This document shows, one piece after another, positions 30,201 through 37,728 of a stretch of DNA of 64,000 nucleotides. Every line of letters begins with the position of its first letter. Within the stretch, counting starts at the first letter, position 1. The DNA lies in IMG/VR virus record IMGVR_UViG_3300020578_000034, positions 1-64,000 of that record, one strand, 5' to 3'. The notes below the pieces were generated by a model. It searched no databases. It was not told the DNA's origin and saw only the letters and a program-made list of their open reading frames with translations. The position numbers were made by a program, and so were the translations under genes. This stretch comes from a virus. Lineage: Duplodnaviria; Caudoviricetes.

Positions 30201-33200
30201 CCTGCTCCGCGACGCGCTCGGCGGAAAGGCGATGACGCTCGGAGGAGAGCAGAGGTGGCGGATGCTCCTGCTCAAGGCTGAGTCCCTCCGTCGCCTGCGG
30301 AGCCTGAGGGGCGAGCTCCCGCACGAAAGGGACGAGATCGGCGTCTCGATGTACGACACGTTCGCGGCCGACACCGACAGGGGATACGGGCAGCTCATTC
30401 CGTTCGTGGAACCAGGGACGACGACGCACATTCGTTACGACAGGAGCGGGAACCCGGTCGAGTACGTCCCGGTCAGGATCGGCAGGAGCATCGCCGACGC
30501 CTCAACGTTCGAGTACCACCCCGCGTCGCAGGTCAAGTACGCGCTCATTCTCTCCGGCAGGCAGCTTAGGACCTGGAACCACCCCGAGGGAACCGCTCCG
30601 GGGGTTTCGCAGCGAGTAGCGAGCTGGGAGGACGAGGGAGTCGAGCTTGACGTCCTAAGCGAGGAGATCCGCTTCCAGGCCTCGCGCACGAGGCAGATGG
30701 ACGAACTTCTCGGCTTCACCGGCGACTCTCCGCAGAAAATAATCCTCGCTCTCCGCCGAGCGGCCAGCGACAAGTCACCCAGACTCAGGGACAGGTTCGT
30801 GTACGACCCATACGGATACGTCGTTCTGTCCGACGCGCCGCGGAGGCAGGAGGACAGCGTCGTCGCCCTGCGCAGGTCCGAGAACTTTGCCGACCTGCAG
30901 AGACTGATCGCCGGCATAAAGAAGGACGAAAAGTCGGTGAAGGTTACGCAGGTCGTCGGCTACAAGCCAGGCTCCAAGACGAGACCGTCGCTGGTCGACC
31001 GGGTCATCCGCTCGCCCAGGGTGGTCAGCGGCGTGATGGACGAGATCACGGGGGAGTTCGTGCTCGACGGTAACGGAACCCCGCACATCGTCGGGTACCT
31101 GCCCGACGGATCGCCGATAGCCGTCGAGATCTCCGACTTGGTATACGACCGCGTCTCGCCGAGGCGAGCCGACGACGAATTCTCGCCGTCGAGGAACCGC
31201 GCTCCAGGCGGGGATGCGGAAGCGGGGATGTCCTCCCCAACGAGGTCCAACCTCTACAACTACATAAAAATGCGGCTGAGGGGCGAAGGCGGCGACCGGG
31301 ACAGTGATTACATCGAGATATCCAAACTGCCCGGCACCGCGAGGGCGAGGGACGGCGGTGCGTTCGACACGAGCCCGGCGGGAATAATAAGGAGGATCGT
31401 CGCCGCGGTTCGCAAGAGGGACAGGGACGCCGGAGGAAAGGTGGGTCTCGTCTTCTCCTACCCGAGCTCGGTCAAGGACAAGCCGGGCGTGAAGGAGGAC
31501 AGGAACAGGACCATCTTCAACCCACTCGTCGTGTACGGCGAGTACGACAAAACCATCGGCGAGACCCGGATCCTCGTGACGGACGACCGAGGCATAACGA
31601 GGCTCGTCCCGATGTCGCAGGTTGACCTGTCCAAGCTCGCAACCGACGAGGAGAGACTCGGGGACCACTCCAGCAACAACGACGTGCAGGTCGGGGACCT
31701 CAACGCATACGTGGTCGGCGACGAATACGTGGACGGGAAGAAGCAGAGGAGAGTGTTCAGCACCGACAGGATGAGGCCGGTGATACGCGACGACGACGAG
31801 AGCACGAAACCGAGGCCGGCGACCAGTCGACCCACCGCTGACACGACAAGCGAGGCGACGGACAGCCCGGACACGCGCGAGATCCCAATCGTTGCCAGCG
31901 ACTCCGACGACCAAAATCTTGTGGGCCAGATCGAAACCAGACCCGGCGAGTTCGACGCAGTGACGCTCGATCCCCGGCCCGAGTACGTCGCACCCGGTGC
32001 GGGGATCGACGGGGCGAAACCCACGGCGAGGGAGGTCGCGCGGGGCTTGGCGCGCAACGACCCCAAGGCCATAGAAGCGGGTCGGGCGGACGAAAAAAGG
32101 CTGTGGGAGCGAATAAGGCTGGGCACCGAAAAGTGGATCGAAACCTGGAAAAAGAGGGCGGTTATAGACGAAGAGACCGGCGAGGAGGTGATAGATCCGA
32201 AAACTGGCAAGACCGCCCTCAGAACGCCTTTCAGGAAGGCGTGGCGACCCTGGGGAAATCCGATCGGCCCCGACGGCAGGGAGCTTCCGACAGGCATCAA
32301 GGCCGAGATGGACAGAATCAGGAGCTGGCCTGAGTTCATGAACTTCATAAGGCGCAAGAAGCTCGTCTTCGTCGACTGGGAGACGACCGGCATTCCGATA
32401 GGCGAGATTGACACGGGTAGGCCACTGCAAGTGGGCATCATCGTCGTCGAAAACGGGGATTTCGCAAACCCCAAACGACTCGAGGTGTGGATAGATCCCG
32501 CCGGCACGCCGCTGTCGGATTGGACGAAGAAGAACGTGAAGAAGAACGGCATCCCCGTCGGTCAAGCGCTAGCGACCTCACCGGGCGAATTCGTGCCCGT
32601 CGACGAGGCGCGGCGCCTAATAGCGGAGGTCGTGGGGGCCGACGGAATAATCATCTCCCACAACATGAGGAATTTCGACATGTCGCTGTGGAAGGAGGTG
32701 ATGGGCGAATACCCCACCGCCGGCTGGATGGACACGCTCGCCATCGCCAACTGGGTGTTCCACATCGACTCCTACAGGTTCAAGCAGATCCAAGCACACC
32801 TGAATGGTTCTCCGTCGGCGAAGTCCGGTAAGAAAAACTACGACAGGGACATGAACCCGTTCGTCAACTGGATCTCAAAGGTCATCACGATCCGCGGGAA
32901 ACATCCCGAATACCCGCATGCCAGGTCGTGGGGGGGAAGAGGTGGCAAACCAGACGCCCTCGACAGGATAGGACGCAGGGCCACCGGTCCGCTGAAGTAC
33001 ATACCGATGTTGAAAAAGGAGGGTCTCGGACAGTGGTACCCGAAGTTCGTGTCGTCCAACGCGCTCGAGGCGCTCGCCCGGTACTTCGACGTGCCCGTAT
33101 TGGCGGCGCACGACGCAGTGGCGGACATAAACGTTACCGCCAAGGTCTTCCTGGAAATGGTGGCGCTCGCTGAGCGGTGGGGAAGGGCCGATCAGATGTT

Positions 33201-36200
33201 TGACCCAAATTTAGTGCAATGGGCGCAGGACCAGGTCGACAACCAGTACACGGCCGACCTCGGCGCTTGGAGAAACCAGAGCGGCATCACGGAGCGACCG
33301 CGCGAGAGATTGTTCGACCCGGAGACGCCGACGCAGCCCAGCGGCGGAGACGCGCCAAGGGAACCGCGACCAGGGGGCGGTGGTGGTGGGGCGTCCACGC
33401 CCCCAGGCGGGGGAGACACCCGACCACCGGGAGGCGGAGGGACGCCACCCAGGGACGACGGAGACCCGAACAGGAGGCTTTTGTACCAGACGGTCTCGGG
33501 GGTCCGCGTATACGAGACGCCCACGGGCATCCACTACGAGTTCAAGTCGGTCTCACCCAAGGACGGGCCGGGCCCCGCAACCGCCGCTTTGGCCACGTTC
33601 AACGAGGCGCGGGATGCAGGATTCGCGATCGAGTTCAACTACGGCAGGAATCCGGACGGGTCGACGGCTGCGTACAGAATCATCTCAATCGAGCTGACGA
33701 CCAAGTCGGGAGTCAGGCAGTCGGAGGCACTCGGGCCAAACGACTTGGTGGTCCACGGAATTGACCTAGCGGACGGGAAACTCAAGAAGTTTGATTTCGC
33801 CCAGATAAACGCAGGCGGCAACACCCCCCCGAGACCCAGCGAGCTGACGGAGCTTCCCGCGAACATATACGGCGTACGCACGTCGGCCGGCCCCGGGGGC
33901 AAACCTACGACGCCCGCCCAGTACGCCGACCACATGAGGAGGAGGAACTTCGGGAGAAGGAGGTCGCCGGACGGACCGTTCGCCGGCATGGCGGGCCTGA
34001 CCAACAGGGACGGAGCGACGGACTCATCCTCCTACTGGGTCGCAACCAGCGACGACGTGGCCATGGCGGACATGTCCGATGTCGAGCTATCCGAGCAACT
34101 CGCTGCGCACAGGCTCAGGTTCGAGAACGCTTTCCACTCGGGGCCGTCCTCGAACGCCGCCATGTCGAGGGCGCTCGATTCGGTCGCCGCCGCCAACAGG
34201 GTGATGAGAATCAGGTCAAACGACAGCACGGACCAAAACGGATTCTCCGTGTCGATGGGCAGGATGGGGTACAAGCTGACCGGCGAATTCAGGGCCCCAC
34301 CGGGGATAATGGACGGAAGCTACGAGCTCCCCGGTGAGTTCGTCGCCGACAGGGCCGAGCTGGCAAGGAACGCCAACCTGTCGCTGATGCTCGACTACTC
34401 GGTCGCCAACGGAGAGATTGCGGAGGCCCTGGAGAGGGTCTCAAGGTTGTCGCGAGTCCCCAGGTCCGAGCTCCTCGGCAGGCTTTCGACGCACGACTAC
34501 TCGACGTACTCGGACGCAATCACGTCAAGGGCGTTCAGGAACACGTCCGAGATGGTGTCCGATGGCGTCGCCACCCCCTCCTCGCTTGGAATGATAATTG
34601 ACCCCGCCTCGGATCCGGCTAGCGCTGCGCGCGCCGTGGAATCGGCGCTGCGCAGGCTGGGGATCAACACGCTGGACATTGGCAACGGGTTGAGGAGGGG
34701 AGGGAGGAACTACGCGCAAAGCGAGGCGGACGACCTCATCAACCAGTTCAACGAGTCGGTTTCGGACCTGTTCTCCTTCGACCATGACGGTAGGCGTTCC
34801 GATCCGGAGTTCAGGGTCAAGTCCGACGCGATCAAGGACAAGATAAGGGACTTGAGCGACGAGATCAGGAGGAGACACCTGTCTTCGCCGCAAGCGGACG
34901 CGGAGGCCGGCATGGGCACCCCGGACCCCGACCTCCGCCGCGTGATGAGCGATTTCGTGCGAATCGCCCCATCCATGGATTTCGAGGTCGCCAGGGACGC
35001 AGGGTTTGACGAGGATTGGAAGCGCCTCTCCGACCAGATAATCGACGACTTCGCCCGGCGACCGGACGTACAGACGGAGGCGATCAAGTTCGCAGCGTTC
35101 GGCGACGCGCTGAAAGGCAGGGCGAGCGTCGTCGGTCTGGCGATTGACCGAGTATTCGACCCGAGCAAAGCCCGCGTCTCCGCGAATTCCCCATTGGGGC
35201 GCGATTTGATCAAGTCCGCCGCGAAGATCCTCGCGCTCATCTACGACGTGAAGTTGGGGTCGACGGACATGCTCGGACTTCTGGGTTCCGCACCGGGGGC
35301 TGGCCCCGGCTCCGGAGTCAGCGGGCTGGACGTCACCTACAAGATGATCGATTCCGGCGCCGCCGCACTGTTCGCCAGGGGCGGCCGAAGGGCGCTGGTC
35401 GCGTACCTGGCGGAGGCCGTGAGCCTTGGTCTGGTGCCTGCCTACAGGGCCATGGGGATTCTCGACAGGCTGTCCCCATCCCCCAGGACCGCGGCGACAT
35501 CCTCGGATGCCGAGGCGGCCATGGGCCGGTCTGTCGGTTCGTCGCCGTTCGGCGACGCCGACGGGATACCGATTCTGAGCGGATCAAAGTGGTTTGACGC
35601 GCGGCTCCACGCCATGTTCGGCACAAATTACGAAAAGATAGCGACTGGGTTCGGGAACCGTTTCAGGACGCTGCCCGACAGGATCTGGAACTCGCCGACC
35701 GACGACGACCTCGTCGACATCTACCACTACGCCACGATGCTCAACCACGACTCGATGATCGAGGACCTCGTCATAAGGGGCGACAGGGTGGACGCCGTCG
35801 ACTTCTCCCAGTTCGACGTGGCGGACGCGGGACAGGCCCCCGTCGGGGTCACCGGGGTGATCGAGAGAGTCGCATCGTTCACGGGTCTGCCCGCAGCGCA
35901 GGTCCTCGGCTTCGTCGAGAGAGGGCGCGACGTCGCGCTCGTGCGCCGACTCGCCGCCATGGACCCGGAGTCGAGGATAGAGCATGCGAATGCGATGCGT
36001 CGCAGACGCGCTTTCATGAGGTTGACCGAGCAGAAGAGGGGCGAGCTGGGCGACGACTTCCCGCTCTGGATGGCGGAGGCGTCGATCATGCGAGACAGGG
36101 AGGAGAGTCGGTCCGGGGTCTTCGGCAACGATTTCGCCGAGCTCATGGACGACGAGACGAATAGGTTCTACGGCGAGACGCCAGCCTCGGCGCTCAAGAA

Positions 36201-37680
36201 CATCTCCCGCTTCCTCGGGATGGACAAACCCCCCACGAAGATGACGCAGAGCGAACCGCGTCGCGACGGGGAGGCCGGCATGGCTGGCAAGAAACCCTTC
36301 ATCAGGCAACGCTACGACTTCAAGCCGGTCGACGGCGGCTTCGTGATCATAGACACCGACAACAGGAACGCTATTTCAAGCAGGGTTTTCAAGGACAGGA
36401 GGGAGGCCCTGCGAGGGGCCGAACGCATGGACAGGGGAGACAAGACGTTCGACCCGTTCGCCCCCCCGCCGTCGGAGCCCAAGACCGCGGCGGAGGTCGT
36501 GGCGGAGGACCCGAGCATGCAGGAGATGTCCGATCCCGGCAGGCAACCGACGCTGTTCAACGACGACGGCGACGCTAACGCGGGCATGTCGAGCACCGGG
36601 TTGCCCAGCACGCTGAGGTTCGTCGCGAGGAACAGCGGGAAGCAACAGGTCAGCACGGACAACGTCCGCTCGGCCATGTCGGATTACGAATCCGGTCGGG
36701 CGTCAATCCCCTTCCCGTCACCCGACGACGCGCCGGTCTCGAGACTGATCGGCGGGTACGCATCCAGCGACTCCGCCCTGCACACCGTCCTCGGAAGGAT
36801 AGAACAACTGGCGCCCACCGACGACTCCGCCGCCAAGCAGGAGGAGATGAGGGGTCTCGTACAGAATCTCTCGAAACTCCAGCGGAGGAGGAACTACTTC
36901 TACAACCAGCTGATGGAGAGACTCGACCCGGGTGACCCGGATTTCGAGACGCTTGAGTCTTGGCACTCCCAGAGGGCCGGCATCGCCAGGGAGTCCTCGA
37001 GCCGGTTCGGCGTCGGGAGCCTGCCCGTCTACATACTCCCGAGGGGTGCGGAAACGGACGACGCGCAGGCCGGCGCCAACTCGCCGAGCTACATGCGCCC
37101 CTCCGGCGACGTCTCCTCGCTGGAGGTCGTCAGCAACGACGCGGCGGACAGGATCGGATCGTTGATCGGCTCGTCCGACTACTCGGTACGGGAAAGGTAC
37201 GACGAAGCGATCAGGTCGGTGCAGCGCGACGTCGCGCGAATTTCCCGCATGACCGGGCAATCAATGGTCAAGTTCGGACAGAACTCGGTCAGGATAGGGG
37301 CGCAACTGCTGGCCATGGCCGACAGGACGGACGGGAGCGACCGAGAACTGCTCAGGAGGGAGCTGATATCCGCGGGTCTGTCGCGGATGCTCTCCGAAGG
37401 CGGCGCGAGACTCGGACTGGCCTACCTCGTCAACGCCGTGGACGTGGGCCTGCTGACGCACTCGCAGGCGAAGGAGATGCTGAGGAGGGAGAGGCGGAAG
37501 GCGAACAAGCCGAGGATGGAAATGACCAAACCCGATGGGCTGATGGCGCGCGGCCAGATGTCTCGCCTCGTCTCCGAGCTGATGGGAGACGGCCTGTCGT
37601 CGAAGTCGGCCGAGACCGCGACGAGGGGCAAGCGCCTGTCAATGATTACGGAAACGGTGGGGTCGGTCCTTGCCGAATAG
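21277..37680 (+). CDS. 5467-aa polyvalent protein: HK97-type prohead protease plus many EAGM-delimited modules
   Basis: N-terminal DSVGD, WGHD...IG, WSIGY and ELYEVSPVLHGAN protease motifs; internal sigma-r4-like, DEDDh, WYL-like and ART-like segments. Confidence 0.88.
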   Translation: MANQQTSDDLDYLYKSLNGQINVDEAQGIVEAFVAGVGNKDSVGDICLPGCFTSSLKRRKPRVVWGHDWNSPIGKVLEIYEVGPNDPRLPAKMRKAGIGGLYARVQFNLKAEKGREAFANVSFFGMEQEWSIGYKTLDAVFDPVQTANLLKEVELYEVSPVLHGANQLTGTISIKADEAETQTKEGKGPCWPGYKQVGMKKGKRGRMVPNCVPINGKSLEDECCPEEKAGKPVLRDPKGGLTAAGRAHFKRTEGANLKPGVRGAADTPEKMRRKGSFLTRFFTNPSGPMKKPNGKPSRLALSAAAWGEPVPQNASDASALAAKGRRLLERYENSKKKKNKKKDDSDSVENKNYVAAIYSATSAQQNETFGRASELTRALAARFGGPVRLVTADNDIAVFEMGAGASVETMRVAYHYDGDEFMFGTAQQVKPETVYIPINQTTSGQTVGGVTTGITPNVGHHAGHVGHEGHCCPSCGNGGNCDASVALTRGESPRIAFMKLKSLGDQLNFEVVPVNGGFLLKGFGFLSVEAQNFVVNKIEQGMSRKFVNPAGMAMRRGLGVPNISGAVRGFNVDMNPFTARDADLDKLVLEGNPLVNMGRGVPDPTPFGIPDGPRFGDPNVPRVSDRMNQRRPLMMPAVPEPTEVPEPAKEPKPVTEPSPFVPKPNRPPTPVPQPEPETEPVVPVPVPEPEREPVPVRPQPIRPTVPVRPLVPTGRRRIPKRLAEDLARADSFDRPSRQTRQRRLRDEGIDEMRRLMLLDGPEAGMTYPSDRQSDNPKSKWRGERATMFLTYDPELRRPTDPDEVVLHDKVRKQMMDAITSGDPDAIYSMEDLTNATRNRFGAWDLDTPETIRIMREGEAAGDTPEEILERIRDAHDAARGDISDIDGPEAGMSDPDSRRFVGRTDVESREREFYELMLDERRADEALTTGDTSVLRPRILDDILEYLGDENEDDPDYVPSADEIASLAQELAEEAVEKFINEDNYVGGSSRNPVYRGRNNRDLWPRRDEIFRKFSGGDGEAGMSRGGGGPDELADRFRKAREEREQPGSRGLDDDTSAMFRQAEDSLRGSFRPKTNEVDRYEYSDRDNINAMRSQAEIMRTDYNDEEAAQLFEQAADILEDRLAMPKDDDIVDAEIVRTYGQLDELIESPWRPAENITLHLDPVDGSIREADAYEAVYLANSEEAELDMFNIDDYDSVGYDEAGNLVSRAPDGDEIIFTAEQLDSAGHRRKYGRRTYGELGELVESTFRPSENERIYRDPTNGRLYLADSGDRDTGDDAPLPDFNIDDYDYVGYDGEGNLVVRGPDGDDIIFTAEQLGATGMTRAEIEMLEAERIGLANLSARREKMRDAGMSPDYSVRSPSWRGQGEFWLDTSTGRIFYRDSTDFEDGDGFDGEFVDIAGVQSEDADWIRESLLANWDSIGFNTRGDFVYRGVDFGQAMDINDPAPPLDNRGQLIPNQEEVIFSAEQIASRPRMRDDDIVDGEIVDDDGEAGMAGPNRNRRRGRAVVIDSGEKLEELFRRRRSGEDISDMMEDIDLPNPGERAITDPPPGAEAGMAGRARTRAENADLGRKIWLARTHDKLSLDEAGRRFRTSRQRARQLELLHHKYLRDLGQQHANRLARAMVDDPMTGLTDSEADLLRRRFDGELLEEAAERLRTDRFAIRRMEQLALAKLRNRMIDDGPSGAMALGRGGRAVDAARPKAPGAERPGSRRRRNAVDPSFIEILNSLKELGEDGLSNAQRVRLAALMRFRRVISNKIDQLMVGGSRRRRLSAVAPEVDQLNKSMRGPFSSLAEAAKITTGSPRDFVSSAIKIANDEQDPLDIDGPINVQVFEALRSTNDDFAAVARTLGMDEEIVRLRAAAHTLRLLASARPARMKVFRRLQSSGDTLTSIERFIVGKWLNGASDLDIAERMGDGYDAARVAATKVAALAKLQVDVNSPEMRSRVVDGRIFYDEFGLFVELTDDAGATTYNRIGDGPMSMGLPGDFSDASGGMSPPNRRVVFADFGDGGREYVVTRTVRRDRANPSMESVMMMPVRGDDQATVSTLIGRQLLGDDRGANLEFPAILLKSDGRITGVADLSGKAVRFYGSRVINESAPSVAERVGAIRANDSAARTKMDQDVEGAERRLSGLMRALDHLISTGDWIGGDANVTGRVPEYATMMRYGLDSDDDGTPITPRNRTKEQFELDEAEFFLSRYPDAPADMVEQHVQKATSDRLAQVRRKVDIAKKELDRLKHVRDSKEVRRSQNVVDLETLDDETARMLADETGFLASMSGQDYDAAGVSRGADGFAYVVHKGPDRLSGGVLDPRMSAGVEGRAGSVAGQGDTRGANRIYVARFLQSAEAKSDMVRHSSDLAARIARGETVVTAHPSIRKALRAQSQLLSMAFGEGGLLNMENFDEARVAAIVADVNRFVDAQKRDLQRYQKIRDSLTKFGGRDMDQMLSAESDATRAVGSLDFYGRYADFDLPRDVVSFSPGFTDGLTRRWTPVDETMLDRWELTGSLRGGAFLAAGRLDAEIVRGGLLGPSGESQIIAPLKPLIGISTPVRITNDVAPSDPKFLVQSLGPALMARAIKMHKRDGFVDIETVLTDPDLAPQGYVARTGDAEAGMAALEPRRPILDERGRLDPILTRDQAYLDDREERDLPDGPMQRLLVPQTPSTFIEAPPGDLTPETRRAPWAIGYTGSAADIAIGLDEDYPERLVHVVAPSALPPDNAKFPVNESGPHLMLDREPLDFLVHVLNDINRLTVEEREASERSLSDRGYEVERSEFDPPDDFTPRERHPTYLVVDVRNEPQLLGPPGSGITRIIRIREILRFRLSNEADESQPGGGPFWRRIDPEAVARGEPGRTTTDGLGYMDFVIDVDPTYDGDLIDDTREVRIKPESIVGRIVSAEELSVTSQVTRQLYEGDGVRRMGYPRPYGRSGGDAEAGMALAPRTADLVARTEKYFPSDDRNDWLIPESVMPDREQAELLGLLRDALGGKAMTLGGEQRWRMLLLKAESLRRLRSLRGELPHERDEIGVSMYDTFAADTDRGYGQLIPFVEPGTTTHIRYDRSGNPVEYVPVRIGRSIADASTFEYHPASQVKYALILSGRQLRTWNHPEGTAPGVSQRVASWEDEGVELDVLSEEIRFQASRTRQMDELLGFTGDSPQKIILALRRAASDKSPRLRDRFVYDPYGYVVLSDAPRRQEDSVVALRRSENFADLQRLIAGIKKDEKSVKVTQVVGYKPGSKTRPSLVDRVIRSPRVVSGVMDEITGEFVLDGNGTPHIVGYLPDGSPIAVEISDLVYDRVSPRRADDEFSPSRNRAPGGDAEAGMSSPTRSNLYNYIKMRLRGEGGDRDSDYIEISKLPGTARARDGGAFDTSPAGIIRRIVAAVRKRDRDAGGKVGLVFSYPSSVKDKPGVKEDRNRTIFNPLVVYGEYDKTIGETRILVTDDRGITRLVPMSQVDLSKLATDEERLGDHSSNNDVQVGDLNAYVVGDEYVDGKKQRRVFSTDRMRPVIRDDDESTKPRPATSRPTADTTSEATDSPDTREIPIVASDSDDQNLVGQIETRPGEFDAVTLDPRPEYVAPGAGIDGAKPTAREVARGLARNDPKAIEAGRADEKRLWERIRLGTEKWIETWKKRAVIDEETGEEVIDPKTGKTALRTPFRKAWRPWGNPIGPDGRELPTGIKAEMDRIRSWPEFMNFIRRKKLVFVDWETTGIPIGEIDTGRPLQVGIIVVENGDFANPKRLEVWIDPAGTPLSDWTKKNVKKNGIPVGQALATSPGEFVPVDEARRLIAEVVGADGIIISHNMRNFDMSLWKEVMGEYPTAGWMDTLAIANWVFHIDSYRFKQIQAHLNGSPSAKSGKKNYDRDMNPFVNWISKVITIRGKHPEYPHARSWGGRGGKPDALDRIGRRATGPLKYIPMLKKEGLGQWYPKFVSSNALEALARYFDVPVLAAHDAVADINVTAKVFLEMVALAERWGRADQMFDPNLVQWAQDQVDNQYTADLGAWRNQSGITERPRERLFDPETPTQPSGGDAPREPRPGGGGGGASTPPGGGDTRPPGGGGTPPRDDGDPNRRLLYQTVSGVRVYETPTGIHYEFKSVSPKDGPGPATAALATFNEARDAGFAIEFNYGRNPDGSTAAYRIISIELTTKSGVRQSEALGPNDLVVHGIDLADGKLKKFDFAQINAGGNTPPRPSELTELPANIYGVRTSAGPGGKPTTPAQYADHMRRRNFGRRRSPDGPFAGMAGLTNRDGATDSSSYWVATSDDVAMADMSDVELSEQLAAHRLRFENAFHSGPSSNAAMSRALDSVAAANRVMRIRSNDSTDQNGFSVSMGRMGYKLTGEFRAPPGIMDGSYELPGEFVADRAELARNANLSLMLDYSVANGEIAEALERVSRLSRVPRSELLGRLSTHDYSTYSDAITSRAFRNTSEMVSDGVATPSSLGMIIDPASDPASAARAVESALRRLGINTLDIGNGLRRGGRNYAQSEADDLINQFNESVSDLFSFDHDGRRSDPEFRVKSDAIKDKIRDLSDEIRRRHLSSPQADAEAGMGTPDPDLRRVMSDFVRIAPSMDFEVARDAGFDEDWKRLSDQIIDDFARRPDVQTEAIKFAAFGDALKGRASVVGLAIDRVFDPSKARVSANSPLGRDLIKSAAKILALIYDVKLGSTDMLGLLGSAPGAGPGSGVSGLDVTYKMIDSGAAALFARGGRRALVAYLAEAVSLGLVPAYRAMGILDRLSPSPRTAATSSDAEAAMGRSVGSSPFGDADGIPILSGSKWFDARLHAMFGTNYEKIATGFGNRFRTLPDRIWNSPTDDDLVDIYHYATMLNHDSMIEDLVIRGDRVDAVDFSQFDVADAGQAPVGVTGVIERVASFTGLPAAQVLGFVERGRDVALVRRLAAMDPESRIEHANAMRRRRAFMRLTEQKRGELGDDFPLWMAEASIMRDREESRSGVFGNDFAELMDDETNRFYGETPASALKNISRFLGMDKPPTKMTQSEPRRDGEAGMAGKKPFIRQRYDFKPVDGGFVIIDTDNRNAISSRVFKDRREALRGAERMDRGDKTFDPFAPPPSEPKTAAEVVAEDPSMQEMSDPGRQPTLFNDDGDANAGMSSTGLPSTLRFVARNSGKQQVSTDNVRSAMSDYESGRASIPFPSPDDAPVSRLIGGYASSDSALHTVLGRIEQLAPTDDSAAKQEEMRGLVQNLSKLQRRRNYFYNQLMERLDPGDPDFETLESWHSQRAGIARESSSRFGVGSLPVYILPRGAETDDAQAGANSPSYMRPSGDVSSLEVVSNDAADRIGSLIGSSDYSVRERYDEAIRSVQRDVARISRMTGQSMVKFGQNSVRIGAQLLAMADRTDGSDRELLRRELISAGLSRMLSEGGARLGLAYLVNAVDVGLLTHSQAKEMLRRERRKANKPRMEMTKPDGLMARGQMSRLVSELMGDGLSSKSAETATRGKRLSMITETVGSVLAE

Positions 37681-37728
37681 CTACTCATGCAGTCATCAAA
37701 CAAACAGTCTTCTACAATTGGAGGGATC

